Part shown: one piece after another, positions 41,699 through 51,103 of the stretch
Numbering within the stretch: position 1 is the first letter of the stretch
Layout of the letters: the number at the start of each line of letters is the position of its first letter
Assembly (NCBI GenBank): GCA_951406725.2
Contig: OX597828.1
Span: 33,852,001 to 33,916,000, forward strand
Reading direction: 5' to 3'
Source of the DNA: Octopus vulgaris
Taxonomy: Eukaryota
DNA length: 64,000 nt
Translations under genes and position numbers: made by a program
The notes under the pieces: model-generated
Told to the model about the DNA's origin: nothing
Seen by the model: only the letters and a program-made list of their open reading frames with translations
Database searches by the model: none

Positions 41699-44600
41699 GA
41701 TCAATTTAAAAACCAGATATATCTGGAAGTTTCTTTATTGCATCCAGCAGTATTGTTGATTATTCACAACTCGGAATTTTTTCTTTTACTTGTTTCAGTC
41801 ATTTGACTGCGGTCATGCTGGAGCACCGCCTTTGGTCGAGCAAATCGACCCCGGGACTTATTCTTTGTAAGCCCAGTACTTATTCTATCGGTCTCTTTTG
41901 CCGAACCACTAAGTGACGGGGACGTAAACATACCAGCACCGGTTGTCAAGCAATGCTAGAGGTACAAACACAGACACACAAACATACACACATACACATA
42001 TACATATATATACATATATACAACGGGCTTCTTTCAGTTTCTGTCTACCAAATCCACTCACAAGGCTTTGGTCGGCCCGAGGCTATAGCAGAAGACACTT
42101 GCCCAAGGTGCCACGTAGTGGGACTGAACCCGGAACCATGTGGTTGGTTAGCAAGCTACTTACCACACAGCCATTCCTGCGCCTATATATGGAACATGCA
42201 ATCTTTTTGTCTTTAACTTTTACTTGTTTCAATCATTGGATTTGTTTGGGGTTTTTTCCTATAATGTTAATCAATTGTACCTCATTTGCATATAGGATGT
42301 ACTTCTTACAAAAAAAAACAATGTCTCAAAACAAAATCACCCTGCGTCCTATATACGAAGCTGGGTCTCTCATAAGCTTTAAGGCAATAAGAACTTTTTT
42401 TTTTTTGTTTCCTGAATATGTTCGGTTGAATTTGAGATGCATCTAATATCCCCGTGTGTCTTTTATGCCATCAAAGACATATAAAGTATATGTATGGATA
42501 TGATGATGATGATGATAACAGAACATTTGGGAAAAACGATGGATTTTGGTGAAGCATACATAAGGAATGTCTGGTATGATATTAGGTATTAAACCTCATT
42601 TATAAGATTCCTCCTACAGTATATATAGTACCAAAGATACCGAAACACCACCCCTCATCTCAGAATGGGAATGTGACACTTTTTTGCTTTTGTCTTTTCA
42701 ATTTTTCTGCTAATAATCTGAATTAATTACTCATCATTATAAAGCATAGGAATACACAAAACATTTCAGGAATGTTCTGAAAGATAGCCTAGATTACAAA
42801 CATTATCATTATCTGTTTTATTTGTCTAATTTGGACAAATCTACAATTACAATAATTTGCATTAAAACGTGTGTTTTTATCTTTTTCTGCTTCATTAATT
42901 TTTTACTTCTAAATTACTAAAATGTATACTTGTTCTGTGAGGAATTTTATTTTTTGTTCAAAAAAATTCATTATTGTAAAACTATATGCTTTTCAACATT
43001 ACAGCTTTTTTCAAACAAAAAAAAAACACAAAAAAGTTACCTACCGAATTTAACTTAATTATAACTTTACGTCAATGCTAGTGTTTCATTAATTAGGATT
43101 ATGATAATTAAAGAATCAATACTATTGTTTCGTTAATTAGGATTATAATAATTAAAGACTAACTGTGCATTTGCCAGTTTGCTACCACCAACCATTTCTG
43201 TTACTCTCTATCACTGTTGTTCACTACTGTCACTCTGTCTATCTTCCATCATACCACAACACAGACTGGCAAAGTACTGGATCTGTCCTTATTTAATGCA
43301 CCTCTTACTATCCCTCTTCTTTAGTGCTCTCTCTCTCTCATTATGTCTTCCCTTTTATTCAGCATTGACATCCATCACTCTCACTTTTTCCCTCCCTAGT
43401 ACACACACACACACACACATACAGAGCAGAGGGCCTCCACCTTTACTGCACATGGCAGACATCTACCTCTTTTCCTCTCACACGTTCCTTATTCTTTATT
43501 CTACCACCCTGCCTCCCTTCTATCACTCTCGCTTGCCCCGATTACATTGATAATACTGTTTCTGACAAATTTCCTTACCAAAAACATCATGTAGTTGTCT
43601 CCATCTCTCTCTATTTGTTTCCTATTACACCCACCCTTTCATTTTTATCATGCTGGATCCCTTCTAATACTCGATCTTCTGTTATCCTCTCTTTTCCATC
43701 ACTTCTCTCGGTTATGAAGATTTCATTCAATCTCCTTACCAACAACCATCACGTAGCTGTCAATTACTCTTTTTCAATCTCTATCTATCTATCTATCTCA
43801 CTCTCTCTTTCTCTCTCAAATACTTCCTCCTTCTATCACACTCTTGGAGACAATGCAGGGAAGAGAGTACTCTTTTTAGTCTTGCCAGAGCATGAACAAA
43901 CAGCAAACAACATAGAGTAGAGAGGTCTTTACTCGAGAAGCATAAAGCAGTGCACAGCAACAGAAGAATGATAAGTAGGGAAAAAACCAAGAATTATTTT
44001 GGATGGAACTTTCTACTAGCAGCTATTAAACTACAATAAAAATCAACAAATATAAACAGTCTACTTACATTGTTGTGACATTTGGGGCCTCCCGGAAGGT
44101 TCAGATTAGCTGAAAATAATTAAAATTTTTGTAATTATTAATTATATAAAATATAAATCATTTTTTCTTTCTTTCTTTCTCTCTCATACACATATACATT
44201 CATGTATGTATGCATATGTATGTACATTATGTATAAAATCGCTGTCATCCATACATACAGGCTTGGCCTTTACAGGTGGCACGTAAAAAGTACTCAGCAC
44301 CCTCTGTGAAGTGGTTGGTGTTAGGAAGGTCTCCAGTTGCAAAAATCATACTACAACAGACAACTGGAGTCTGGACAGCTCCCCAGTTGGCCATCTCCTA
44401 CTGAATTGTCCAACCCATGCCAGCATGGAAAACGGACGTTAAGCAATGATGATGGTGGTGGTGGTGGTGGTGATAGACAGTGAGAAAGAGTACTCAATAC
44501 CATATTTGGTTGCTTTATTCTTTTCTTGATGATCAACAATACAACCAACGGTTTCATGTAGAAAATTTCAAAATGTTTCAAGCATTCCACTTAGCCTCCA

Positions 44601-46778
44601 TGCTAGGTGAGACTACATGTGATTACACAAGATTCTACAGGACTTCAAAACGTTGCTTTGGTTATTAAATAACAGATAAGGGGGGGGGGGTAACTCATAT
44701 AAACGTCTTTAATTGGGTTTTTTTTCCCCTTACATTGGCATCGCAAATGTGTCGAGAGAATAATTGGCCATAAGAGGTATCAGAAGTAGCATGCAAGGGA
44801 GAAGATGCAATGCGTATGAATGAGGGCAGCTGATTAATGAAGTGCCAACTGATAAATGTGGGTGGAACCTGTGAAAGAAGACCCAAGATGTGCAATGAAG
44901 TGGTAAAGAATAACCTCCAGATAATAATCTTCATGGAGAAGATGACAAAGAACTGAGTTGGTTATCAGTTTGCTGTGCTCAAGAAAACCCATTTGTCTAA
45001 ACAAAAATGAGGCACCAAAAACAAATCACTCATGACTATTCCCCTGCACTAATCAGTCCTTAATGAATCCACACACACACACACACCCTCCCAAAACTCA
45101 CCTTGTCAGTCACTTGGTGACCTCACTAGGGCTGGTGTCATATAAAAAGCACTTAGTACTCTCTGTAAAGTGGTTGGCATTAGGAAGGGCTTCCAGCCAC
45201 AGAAACTATGCCAAAGCAGACACTGGAGCTTGGGGCACCAATATGTTAACACTAAAATCATGAACACACACACAGCTTACCTCCTCCATCACTTTGGTCT
45301 GTTTCTCTCTTCAGGCTAATACCGTTTTTTTTTATAATTTCTAATATCACTTTACATTAAAAATTCTAGTAATTAATTCATGTACACAGATTGTAATTAA
45401 TACAAAGTTGTGGTGAAGGGTTGTATAAGAGACTAGACATACATTTGGAAGTATGTACTTTTGGAAGTATGTACTACAAATTTCAAGTAAAACTTCCAGA
45501 TATGAATAAAAGAGCACTTTTATAATTCAGACAACTTTCAAAGACAAATATGGCACACTTTTCTCTTTGCAAAATCATTAATCAGAATAATCAAGCTGGG
45601 AGTTAAGCTTATGTTCAATTGATATCATATATAATCCACAAAGTCTGGTACAAGAATTTTTTTACAAGAATTTTTGCAGGTACAATGTATTACCATTTTA
45701 TTTCTTGAAATTTTCAGTTAACATAGTTTAATTCTTACTCTTTACCCTTTTACCTGTTTCAGTAATTTTGACTGCGGCCATGCTGGAGCACCGCCTTTAG
45801 TCGAGCAAATCGACCCCGGGACTTATTCTTTGTAAGCCCAGTACTTATTCTATCAGTCTCTTTTGCCGAACCGCTAAGTGACGGGGACGTAAACACACTA
45901 GCATCGGTTGTCAAGCAATGCTAGGGGGACAAACACAGACACACAAACACACACATACATATATATATATATACATATATACGACAGGCTTCTTTCAGTT
46001 TCCGTCTACCAAATCCACTCACAAGGCATTGGTCAGCCCGGGGCTATAGTAGAAGACACTTGTCCAAGATGCCACGCAGTGGGACTGAACCCAGAACCTT
46101 GTTCAACATTTAACCAAAGTAAAAAGATAACTCATCTACATACTCTGATCTTAACATGGGACCCTTCAACCGTGGGGGCCCCTTGTAACCACAGGGGTTG
46201 CAGAGGCTTAGCAATGGCCCTGGAAATAGATAAGGGTTAGTGACAAAAAGGGGCATCCAGCCATAGAAAATCCACCTCAGTAAATTCCATCTGACCCATA
46301 CCAGCATGAAAAAATGGATGTTAAAACAACGTTAATGATGATGAATATACACAACACGAAGTTAACTCGGAGTCAGCTGCTTGCATCTCCATCATTAAGT
46401 GTTGAACACAACCATAGCCAAGACATTTAACTCTTAACAGGTCAGTCCATCTCACTTTACATAAATATCCACTCCACTTCTACCATCTACATGACAGATG
46501 GGCTCTGTTTCCTAGGCTGTTCTATATGTAGATATAAATTAATGTTCGTCTTTCCGACCAAACACAAAAATCAACCAATAACAAGTTTATCTTCATCGCA
46601 TCATCGATGTTGTCTCTAATTTTCAATGGTTTATGAGTAGGAAGAAAAAAAATGTTTATGACATCTAATCTTATTCCTCGCTGCTTCTCCACTCTACCAC
46701 CATTATTTTGATTTAATGGGCCCTGCCAAAATCTGCTGAATATATACTGAATACACACGCACGCACGCACTCATGAAA

Positions 46779-46848
<70 letters not shown>

Positions 46849-46897
46849 TATATGTAATGTGTATATGTATATACATGTGTGTAAAAATATGCAGGCT

Positions 46898-46931
<34 letters not shown>

Positions 46932-47118
46932 TGCAAATACGTACATACATATGTACATTTGTATACATACATATATATATGTGTGTGTATGTATGTATAC
47001 ACATGCAAATATGTACAAACATATGTACATGTTTATATCTACACCCACACACACACACACATATATATATATGTATATGCACATACATATGTAAATATTT
47101 GCGTGTGAGTGTGTATAT

Positions 47119-47167
<49 letters not shown>

Positions 47168-47874
47168 TGCACATGTGTGCTTAAATAAATATATAAATAC
47201 TTATATATGCATGTGTGTGTATTCATATATATATATTTATCACACACACACACACATATATACACATATGCACACAGAAATAAATGTGCAGCCTTCTCTC
47301 TGCAAGACTTAAAAATCAGTCAGTAAACGAAGATTCCTTCCATCACACCATCAATGTTTGCTTTAACTTTCGATGGTCTGTGAGCACGCAAAGAGATATT
47401 AGAATATCCACTCCGTGTCTCTCTTCCGCCATTACACTTTGGACTGTCTATCAGAATCTGCTATCTATATATAAACTTCATTGTCTTTCTGAAACGCAAA
47501 AACCAATCAATAAAACAACTTCTTAAACTTCACACCATCAATGGTTTCTCTAATTTTTCAATGGTCTACCAACTCAAAACTCAAAACAAAAAAAAGAAGA
47601 CGTGGACGAGAGCCATTTTTTAATTTTTTTTAACAATACTAAACAAAAACAAAAAAAAAATTTTTGTGGAATTCTTTTATCCTTTTACTTGTTTCAGTCA
47701 TTTTGACTGTGGCCATGCTGGAGCACCACCTTTTAATCAAAGAAATCGATCCCTGGACTTATCCTTTGCAAGCCTAGTACTTATTCCATCGGTCTCTTTT
47801 GCCAAACCGCTAAGTTACGGGGATATAAACACACCAACATCGGTTGTCAAGCAATGGTGGAGAGACGAACAAAC

Positions 47875-47912
<38 letters not shown>

Positions 47913-48029
47913 TTTTTTAATAATTTTGATATATATTTAAAATAATATAAATTAATTAATCTTATGTATTGGCTTAAGTTTTTCATTGTATGATTTGCCT
48001 AATAGTGGTTTTATCTCTAATTTAATATA

Positions 48030-48102
<73 letters not shown>

Positions 48103-48835
48103 CTTTTATTTGTTTCAGTCACCAGTTTTAGTTGAGTAAATCAACCCCAGGACTTATTTTTTGTAAGCCTAGTACTTATTCTAGCACACATGCGGTTTCA
48201 GGTTCAGTCCCAATTCACATCCTCTGGGGCAAATATCTTCTACTATAGCCCTAGGATGACTGATGCCTTATGAGGGATTTGGTGGATAGAAATCTGTGAA
48301 AGTCCACCATGCACCTACTTGATCAATACACAGCTTACAGCCAATTCTCACTTAGGCAACCATGACATACTCACACTTCAAGTTGCATTTAAAGTCAGAA
48401 TTTAAACACGAATTCTACTTGAGATCTAATTGTATACATCTATTATCTTACATCACTTGGCATTGGATTACCCACAATTTATATACAGACATATATATAT
48501 ATATATTATCATTTAACATCCGTTTTCCATGCTGGCATGGGTTGAACAGTTCAAGTGGCGTCTGGGAAATCAGGAGTTTGCACCAAGCTCCAGTCTGATC
48601 TGGCTATGTTTCTACAGCTGGATGCCCTTCCTAATGCCAATGACTCCGGGAATGTAGTGGGTGCTTTTTACGTGCCATCGGCACAGGGGCCAGAGGAGGC
48701 TAGCAATGACCATGATCAGTTGGTGGTTTTTACATGCCACCAGCACAGAAACCAGTCAAAGCAGAACTGGCATTGGCCACGTTTGGATGGTGCTTTTTAC
48801 ATGCCACTGGCATGGGGATCACAACTACAATTTCC

Positions 48836-48877
<42 letters not shown>

Positions 48878-49888
48878 TATTACGTTTATATATTTGTTTT
48901 GCAAGATTCTTGATGTGAAATCGTGTGTTGAAACAGATGTTGTTGTATTTAGGAATGGTCATGTTGCCAGTTTAGCCAATAAAAACACATGCACTATATA
49001 TTTGGTGTTAATTTGCTTCAGCTTTATTTATTTTTTACATTAATCTTAATCTTATTTCGGCCAGAATTCTTTCATCACACTCCTGTGACCGCATCAGTGG
49101 TCCTTTGCGTTCTTCTTTCTTATTTGTGTGTCTCTCCTTACTAACGATCAGCCATTTTGTATTTTGTATTCCTATTGTATGTATCTTTATTTACGCATGC
49201 GTATACCCCTATGTGTGTCTATGTTTAGTTAGTGTGAGTGTGGGGGGGAAGTGCCTGTAAAATTTGTATCTCCTGTTTATACACGTTGTGTAATTTGTTT
49301 TTTTTTATTTTGTTCATGTGTTTACACCTACTTATTATTTTTTTGTTGTATTTAGTTAGATTAATTTTTTTTGTTAATGTATATAGTTATTTACTTCCAT
49401 TTGTTTATCTGTGTATTTTATTATATATATATATATAATAATATAAATAATATATAAATATATGCATATATACATACATATATGTACATACCTACATCTA
49501 TATGTATATATACATGCATATATTGGTACAGGACATCAAAAAAGCGTAGAACACAATGAGAAACGAAAACATAAAAACAAAAACATGGAAACAAACTATT
49601 TTTCAAACAACGAAAAAACAGAGTACAAGACATACAACACAAGGAATATTCCCCTTCTTCAGTTGTCCCTGTTTCGTCTACTCCACGTTTCGGTGGTAAG
49701 GACAAGACGTGACTTTGTTATACATGTATATACATATATATATACACAAACATATATATATATACATACATACACACACACACACATATATACATACATA
49801 TATATATATATGCCAGCATGAAAGGCAGACGTTAACTGATGATGATATGTACAATATATATATATATATATATATACATGTTGTATAT

Positions 49889-49940
<52 letters not shown>

Positions 49941-50435
49941 ATACTTACTATGTTCTATATCTATTCAATGGGGAGAGCATAAAAGAGAGGCACAAACTAA
50001 ATTTCAATAATGAGAGAATTAATTATCTAATGAGTCAAGTTGTCAGGTCACAGACTGTAGCAGCAAAACTGAGAAAAGAAAAACATGGAGACCAAAACAC
50101 AAAAGTAATAAAAAGAAAAAAAAAGATGAAGAAAACCATAAAAAAATGGAAAGCTAAGCAGCAAATTTGCTGGACATTATTTACCTCCATAATGTATGAG
50201 CCATTTGAGACAATCAACACTATTATTTGTCACTGCAGTATAGACAGCTGTCCGACCACTGCTATCTAATTGGTTAACATTTGCCAACTCGTCTCCTTCC
50301 AGTAGACACTGCATCAACTCACTGTTGTTGTAGATGGCTGCCTGATGTATCATCTGGCCAGGCCATTCATCCAGGCCGGCGCAGGGGGTATCGGAGTTAT
50401 TCACTTCGCTGGACATCTTTTCAGCGTGGCTACCA
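636..50435 (-). CDS. Lrrk: Roco/LRRK-family protein (ANK-LRR-ROC-COR; LRRK1-like/invertebrate Lrrk), 20 coding exons in window, 3' part (kinase) beyond left edge
   Basis: Exons joined manually with GT-AG sites and consistent phase. Ankyrin motifs ([44 protein letters not shown]), LRRs (LxxLxLSxNxL), ROC motifs GTHNVGKTS / STVGID / WDFGGQ / GTHLD, and COR motifs YFLDPQWL and YIPSGFW. Confidence 0.93.
2773..2954 (-). CDS. Lrrk: LRRK-like exon 19 (LLSKFELAL...LLIPSLLP)
   Basis: tttcag acceptor, GTAAGT donor; COR motif. Confidence 0.92.
3075..3505. mobile_element. Family F: tRNA-headed, hammerhead-containing short element, inverted dimer
   Basis: Minus-strand head 3266-3346 with A box TGGCGTAGTGG and B box GTTCGATTC; (AAT)n spacer; hammerhead motifs at 3123-3168 (-) and 3381-3426 (+). 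Confidence 0.8.
3381..3426 (+). ncRNA. Minimal type I hammerhead ribozyme motif (partly decayed)
   Basis: GACAC CTGATGA A GGCTG gagggtatat CAGCT GAAA TG TT ATGTT; the consensus across copies restores CAGCC GAAA CG TT GTGTT. Confidence 0.7.
4265..4626 (+). mobile_element. Family A tRNA-derived SINE (internally deleted copy)
   Basis: A box TGGCTGTGTGG, B box GGTTCAGTCCC, central (TA/TG)n, (GTAAAAGA) tail. Confidence 0.85.
5099..5221 (-). CDS. Lrrk: LRRK-like exon 18 (GVLCHYED...[16 protein letters not shown])
   Basis: ttttag acceptor, GTTTGT donor; COR hallmark LDPQWL. Confidence 0.92.
5839..6225 (-). mobile_element. Family B tRNA-derived SINE with 13-bp TSD
   Basis: TSD cttctgtgacttt at 5826-5838 and 6226-6238; head TGGCCCAGTGG...GTTTCGATTCC. 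Confidence 0.9.
6341..6435 (-). CDS. Lrrk: LRRK-like exon 17 ([17 protein letters not shown])
   Basis: ttatag acceptor, GTAAAT donor; COR-A motif. Confidence 0.92.
7039..7171 (-). CDS. Lrrk: LRRK-like exon 16 (start of [20 protein letters not shown])
   Basis: ttgcag acceptor, GTAAGT donor, phase 1-2. Confidence 0.9.
7630..7923. repeat. Purine-rich GAG/AAG compound microsatellite
   Basis: Direct reading of the sequence. Confidence 0.95.
8839..9210 (+). mobile_element. Family B SINE, diverged
   Basis: Homologous to 5839-6225. Confidence 0.82.
9532..9793 (-). CDS. Lrrk: LRRK-like exon 15 ([16 protein letters not shown]...ELRYP)
   Basis: ttctag acceptor, GTATGT donor; ROC G4/G5 region. Confidence 0.92.
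10762..11154 (+). mobile_element. Non-autonomous Helitron
   Basis: 5' TC after A, 3' CTAG before T, subterminal hairpin CCCG-agcaacgc-CGGG at 11127-11142. Confidence 0.75.
11155..11505 (+). mobile_element. Second Helitron-like element, head-to-tail with the first
   Basis: TATATATATAAA...TGTCTGTCTGTG start; ends GCCAGGTCATAGTGCTAG-T. Confidence 0.5.
11961..12336 (+). mobile_element. HINE/DINE-1-like non-autonomous Helentron
   Basis: Subterminal inverted repeats ACCTCTGCC / GGCAGAGGT, internal TCTG-like repeats, 3' hairpin GCACTC-tct-GAGTGC, T-rich flanks. Confidence 0.72.
13643..13765 (-). CDS. Lrrk: LRRK-like exon 14 ([10 protein letters not shown]...QWLINIQ)
   Basis: cgcag acceptor, GTAAGT donor, 41 codons. 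Confidence 0.92.
14827..15117. mobile_element. Foldback/Mutator-like MITE
   Basis: Arms made of inverted ~15-bp subrepeats; 10-bp direct repeat gtatagtgac at 14817-14826 and 15118-15127. Confidence 0.62.
15149..15289 (-). CDS. Lrrk: LRRK-like exon 13 (ROC switch I/II, LSTVGID...WDFGGQ)
   Basis: ttccag acceptor, GTAAAA donor, phase 0-0. Confidence 0.93.
15664..16500 (+). mobile_element. Penelope-like element 3' fragment: GIY-YIG endonuclease with inverted pLTR-like ends
   Basis: ORF 15841-16212 has [20 protein letters not shown]...LNKRF...LAEHF...GMN; ~110-bp inverted repeats at 15664-15775 and 16391-16500. Confidence 0.85.
16418..16454 (+). ncRNA. Hammerhead-like motif, U3-A8 variant, in Penelope pLTR
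   Basis: AAC TTGACAA A GACAG acgta CTGTT GAAA GATC GTT; mirrored copy in the left inverted repeat. Confidence 0.55.
16793..16910 (-). CDS. Lrrk: LRRK-like exon 12 (ROC P-loop [15 protein letters not shown])
   Basis: ttgcag acceptor, GTATGT donor; GxxxxGKT/S motif. Confidence 0.93.
17302..17444 (-). CDS. Lrrk: LRRK-like exon 11 ([21 protein letters not shown]...GFLNSVLE)
   Basis: tgacag acceptor, GTAAGA donor; last LRR and LRR-ROC linker typical of LRRKs. Confidence 0.92.
17613..17768 (-). CDS. Lrrk: LRRK-like exon 10 ([12 protein letters not shown]...[13 protein letters not shown])
   Basis: tttcag acceptor, GTACGT donor, phase 0-0; LRR. Confidence 0.9.
18221..18728 (+). mobile_element. R4/Dong-like LINE 3' fragment (restriction-like endonuclease)
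   Basis: 18221-18634 encodes KILWDF...RKLDIV...IIDIACPAD...KEERK...LW...VPIIVGALG...LQKTALLGT with one in-frame stop; adjoins (AAT)n. Confidence 0.85.
18744..18962. mobile_element. piggyBac-type MITE, ~220 bp (copies 23251-23471, 32803-33021, 54561-54781; partial at 36461, 37814, 38763)
   Basis: TTAA target sites with CCCTTTAG / CTAAAGGG terminal inverted repeats. Confidence 0.85.
19130..19355 (-). CDS. Lrrk: LRRK-like exon 9 ([22 protein letters not shown])
   Basis: ctgtag acceptor, GTAAGA donor, phase 2-0; LRR. Confidence 0.88.
19606..20603 (+). mobile_element. Solo LTR (998 bp), probably Gypsy-type
   Basis: TGTAG...CTACA termini, 4-bp TSD cagg (19602-19605 and 20604-20607), AATAAA at ~20409. 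Confidence 0.75.
20702..22149 (-). CDS. Lrrk: LRRK-like exon 8 (1448 nt; last ankyrin repeats and LRR domain)
   Basis: Within ORF 20698-22260; ttccag acceptor, GTGAGT donor, phase 0-2; multiple LRRs. Confidence 0.93.
23594..23874. repeat. Long near-perfect inverted repeat
   Basis: ~133-bp arms, 9-nt loop catccaaac (23727-23735). Confidence 0.9.
24001..24363 (-). mobile_element. Helitron-like non-autonomous element
   Basis: Minus strand starts A|TCTATTATATAAAA...TCTGTCTGTCTG and ends CTTG|T. Confidence 0.45.
24570..25910 (-). mobile_element. Two tandem 5'-truncated RTE-type LINE ends (family C: ORF C-terminus, repeat-bearing 3' UTR, (GAT)n tail)
   Basis: Minus strand near 24940-25070 encodes [17 protein letters not shown]...[13 protein letters not shown]. 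The same 3' end recurs near 1423-1697, 9216-9470, 27065-27360, 30597-30855, 33830-34075, 39463-39665, 48505-48820, 55055-55380, 56970-57195 and 59415-59710. Confidence 0.8.
26663..26977 (-). CDS. Lrrk: LRRK-like exon 7 ([10 protein letters not shown]...CIPEK)
   Basis: ttccag acceptor; weaker GTAGAG donor gives the phase 0 needed by the next exon; two ankyrin repeats. Confidence 0.85.
27754..27898 (-). CDS. Lrrk: LRRK-like exon 6 ([14 protein letters not shown]...[20 protein letters not shown])
   Basis: ttccag acceptor, GTAAGA donor, phase 2-0, ankyrin consensus. Confidence 0.9.
28253..28436. repeat. Inverted repeat of family G repeat
   Basis: ~89-bp arms, ~6-nt loop; single arms also at ~2680-2750 and ~12485-12612. 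Confidence 0.85.
29017..29410 (+). mobile_element. Family A SINE, full length
   Basis: Close match to the copies at 52852 and 60771. Confidence 0.88.
29421..29772 (-). mobile_element. RTE/BovB-like LINE 3' end
   Basis: DMKACNI...[12 protein letters not shown]...[21 protein letters not shown] followed by a (CAA) tail. Confidence 0.78.
29790..31145 (+). pseudogene. Degenerate Tc1/mariner transposase remnant, interrupted by a family C insert
   Basis: Fragments [42 protein letters not shown] and [12 protein letters not shown]. Confidence 0.7.
31289..31406 (-). CDS. Lrrk: LRRK-like exon 5 ([11 protein letters not shown]...YNKTLL)
   Basis: tttacag acceptor, GTAAGT donor, phase 1-2, ankyrin-like. 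Confidence 0.85.
33151..33186 (-). CDS. Lrrk: LRRK-like exon 4 (36-nt symmetric micro-exon, [12 protein letters not shown])
   Basis: Long pyrimidine tract with ttttag acceptor, GTGAGT donor, phase 1-1, open frame. Confidence 0.72.
35702..36225. mobile_element. piggyBac-type MITE, second family (524 bp)
   Basis: TTAA flanks; 14-bp TIR CCCATTAACTGCCA / TGGCAGGCAATGGG with 2 mismatches. Confidence 0.7.
36269..36434 (-). CDS. Lrrk: LRRK-like exon 3 (ankyrin, [10 protein letters not shown]...LLREK)
   Basis: ttgcag acceptor, GTAAAT donor, 166 nt, canonical ankyrin consensus. Confidence 0.92.
38090..38445 (-). mobile_element. Second R4/Dong-like LINE 3' fragment inside (AAT)n
   Basis: Minus strand encodes [23 protein letters not shown]...[15 protein letters not shown]. 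Confidence 0.72.
38445..38632. repeat. (ATT)n microsatellite
   Basis: Direct reading of the sequence. Confidence 0.95.
39846..40958 (-). mobile_element. LINE reverse transcriptase fragment (RTE-like) with 3' UTR
   Basis: [12 protein letters not shown]...LFVDDTVLV...FKYLGS...LYGAETW...RWFGHM, interrupted by stops. Confidence 0.88.
40959..41330 (-). mobile_element. Family B SINE abutting the LINE RT fragment
   Basis: Homologous to 5839-6225. Confidence 0.85.
41375..41660 (+). mobile_element. CR1/L2-like LINE 3' end
   Basis: [13 protein letters not shown]...[16 protein letters not shown] resembles a CR1-group ORF2 C-terminus. Confidence 0.55.
41783..42183 (-). mobile_element. Family A SINE, full length
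   Basis: Reverse complement of family A. Confidence 0.88.
44069..44109 (-). CDS. Lrrk: LRRK-like exon 2 (41-nt micro-exon, [14 protein letters not shown])
   Basis: ttttcag acceptor and GTAAGT donor; converts phase 1 to phase 0 and completes the ankyrin junction HYG-ANLN...-TPLH. Confidence 0.85.
45734..46098 (-). mobile_element. Family A SINE, 5' end missing
   Basis: Reverse complement of family A. Confidence 0.85.
46780..47278. repeat. TA/CA/GA compound microsatellite
   Basis: Direct reading of the sequence. Confidence 0.93.
50185..50416 (-). CDS. Lrrk: LRRK-like exon 1 of window (ankyrin repeats; exon extends 5' to acceptor at 50435)
   Basis: MSSEVNN...IHQAAIYNN...GRTAVYTAV...LIHYG; acceptor tttcag upstream of 50435; donor GTAAAT; phase 1. 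Confidence 0.85.
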
Positions 50436-50515
50436 CTGAAACATAAGAGAAAGAATATCGATATTACAATGTCTGTCTGTCTGTCTATAATGCGAAAACA
50501 TCAACAACAACAAAT

Positions 50516-51103
50516 ACATTACATTATTTACATTTGACAGACATCTGTCCTCATCGTGTTTGTTGTTAACACAATGTTTCGGCTGATATACCTATTTCTT
50601 TATTACCCACAAGGGGCTAAACATAGAGGGGACAAACAAGGACAGACATAGGTATTAAGTCGATTACATCGACCCCAGTGCGTAACTGGTACTTAATTTA
50701 TCGACCCCGAAAGGATGAAAGGCAAAGTCGAACTCGGCAGAATTTGAACTCAGAACGTAACGGCAGACGAAATACGGCTACGCATTTCGCCCGGCGTGCT
50801 AACGGTTCTGCCAGCTCGCCGCCTTTTTCGGCTGATACACCCTCCAGCCTTCATCAGCTGTCTTGGGGAAATTTCGAAAATGGGTTCTCATTCCTAAGGT
50901 ATTTTTCGATGTTGTTATCATTATTATTACTATTATTATAATTATTATCATTATTCAGGTCACTGCCTGAAATCGAACTCGGAATCTTGGGGTTAGTAGC
51001 CCATGCTCTTAACCACTATGCCATATGCTTATGGACAAATATCTGTCAAATGTAAATAATGTAAATAATGTACATAATTCCCCATCTCTTAAATATAGAA
51101 CTG
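50516..51103 (-). mobile_element. Family F copy interrupted by SINE D
   Basis: Head 50955-51028, AAT spacer, hammerhead split by insertion 50593-50825, inverted tail to 51103. Confidence 0.8.
50593..50825 (-). mobile_element. Family D SINE-like element with 16-bp TSD (other copies ~6783-7015, 7960-8345, 15425-15575, 35015-35230, 36560-36773)
   Basis: TSD tttcggctgatayacc at 50577-50592 and 50826-50841; B box GTTCAAATT; central GTCGACTTTGCCTTTCATCCTTTCGGGGTCGATAAA-like block. Confidence 0.85.

Noticed and set aside
45281-45315. Candidate 35-nt exon with GTAAGC donor
   Set aside because: The acceptor is preceded by a purine tract, and 44069-44109 fits the ankyrin consensus better.
49640-49710. 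CTGAAGA and GAAAC motifs on the minus strand suggesting another hammerhead
   Set aside because: I could not assemble consistent stems in the required order.
50955-51028. Possible real tRNA genes in the heads of families A, B and F
   Set aside because: Acceptor and T stems are incomplete, and each head is fused to a repeated SINE body.
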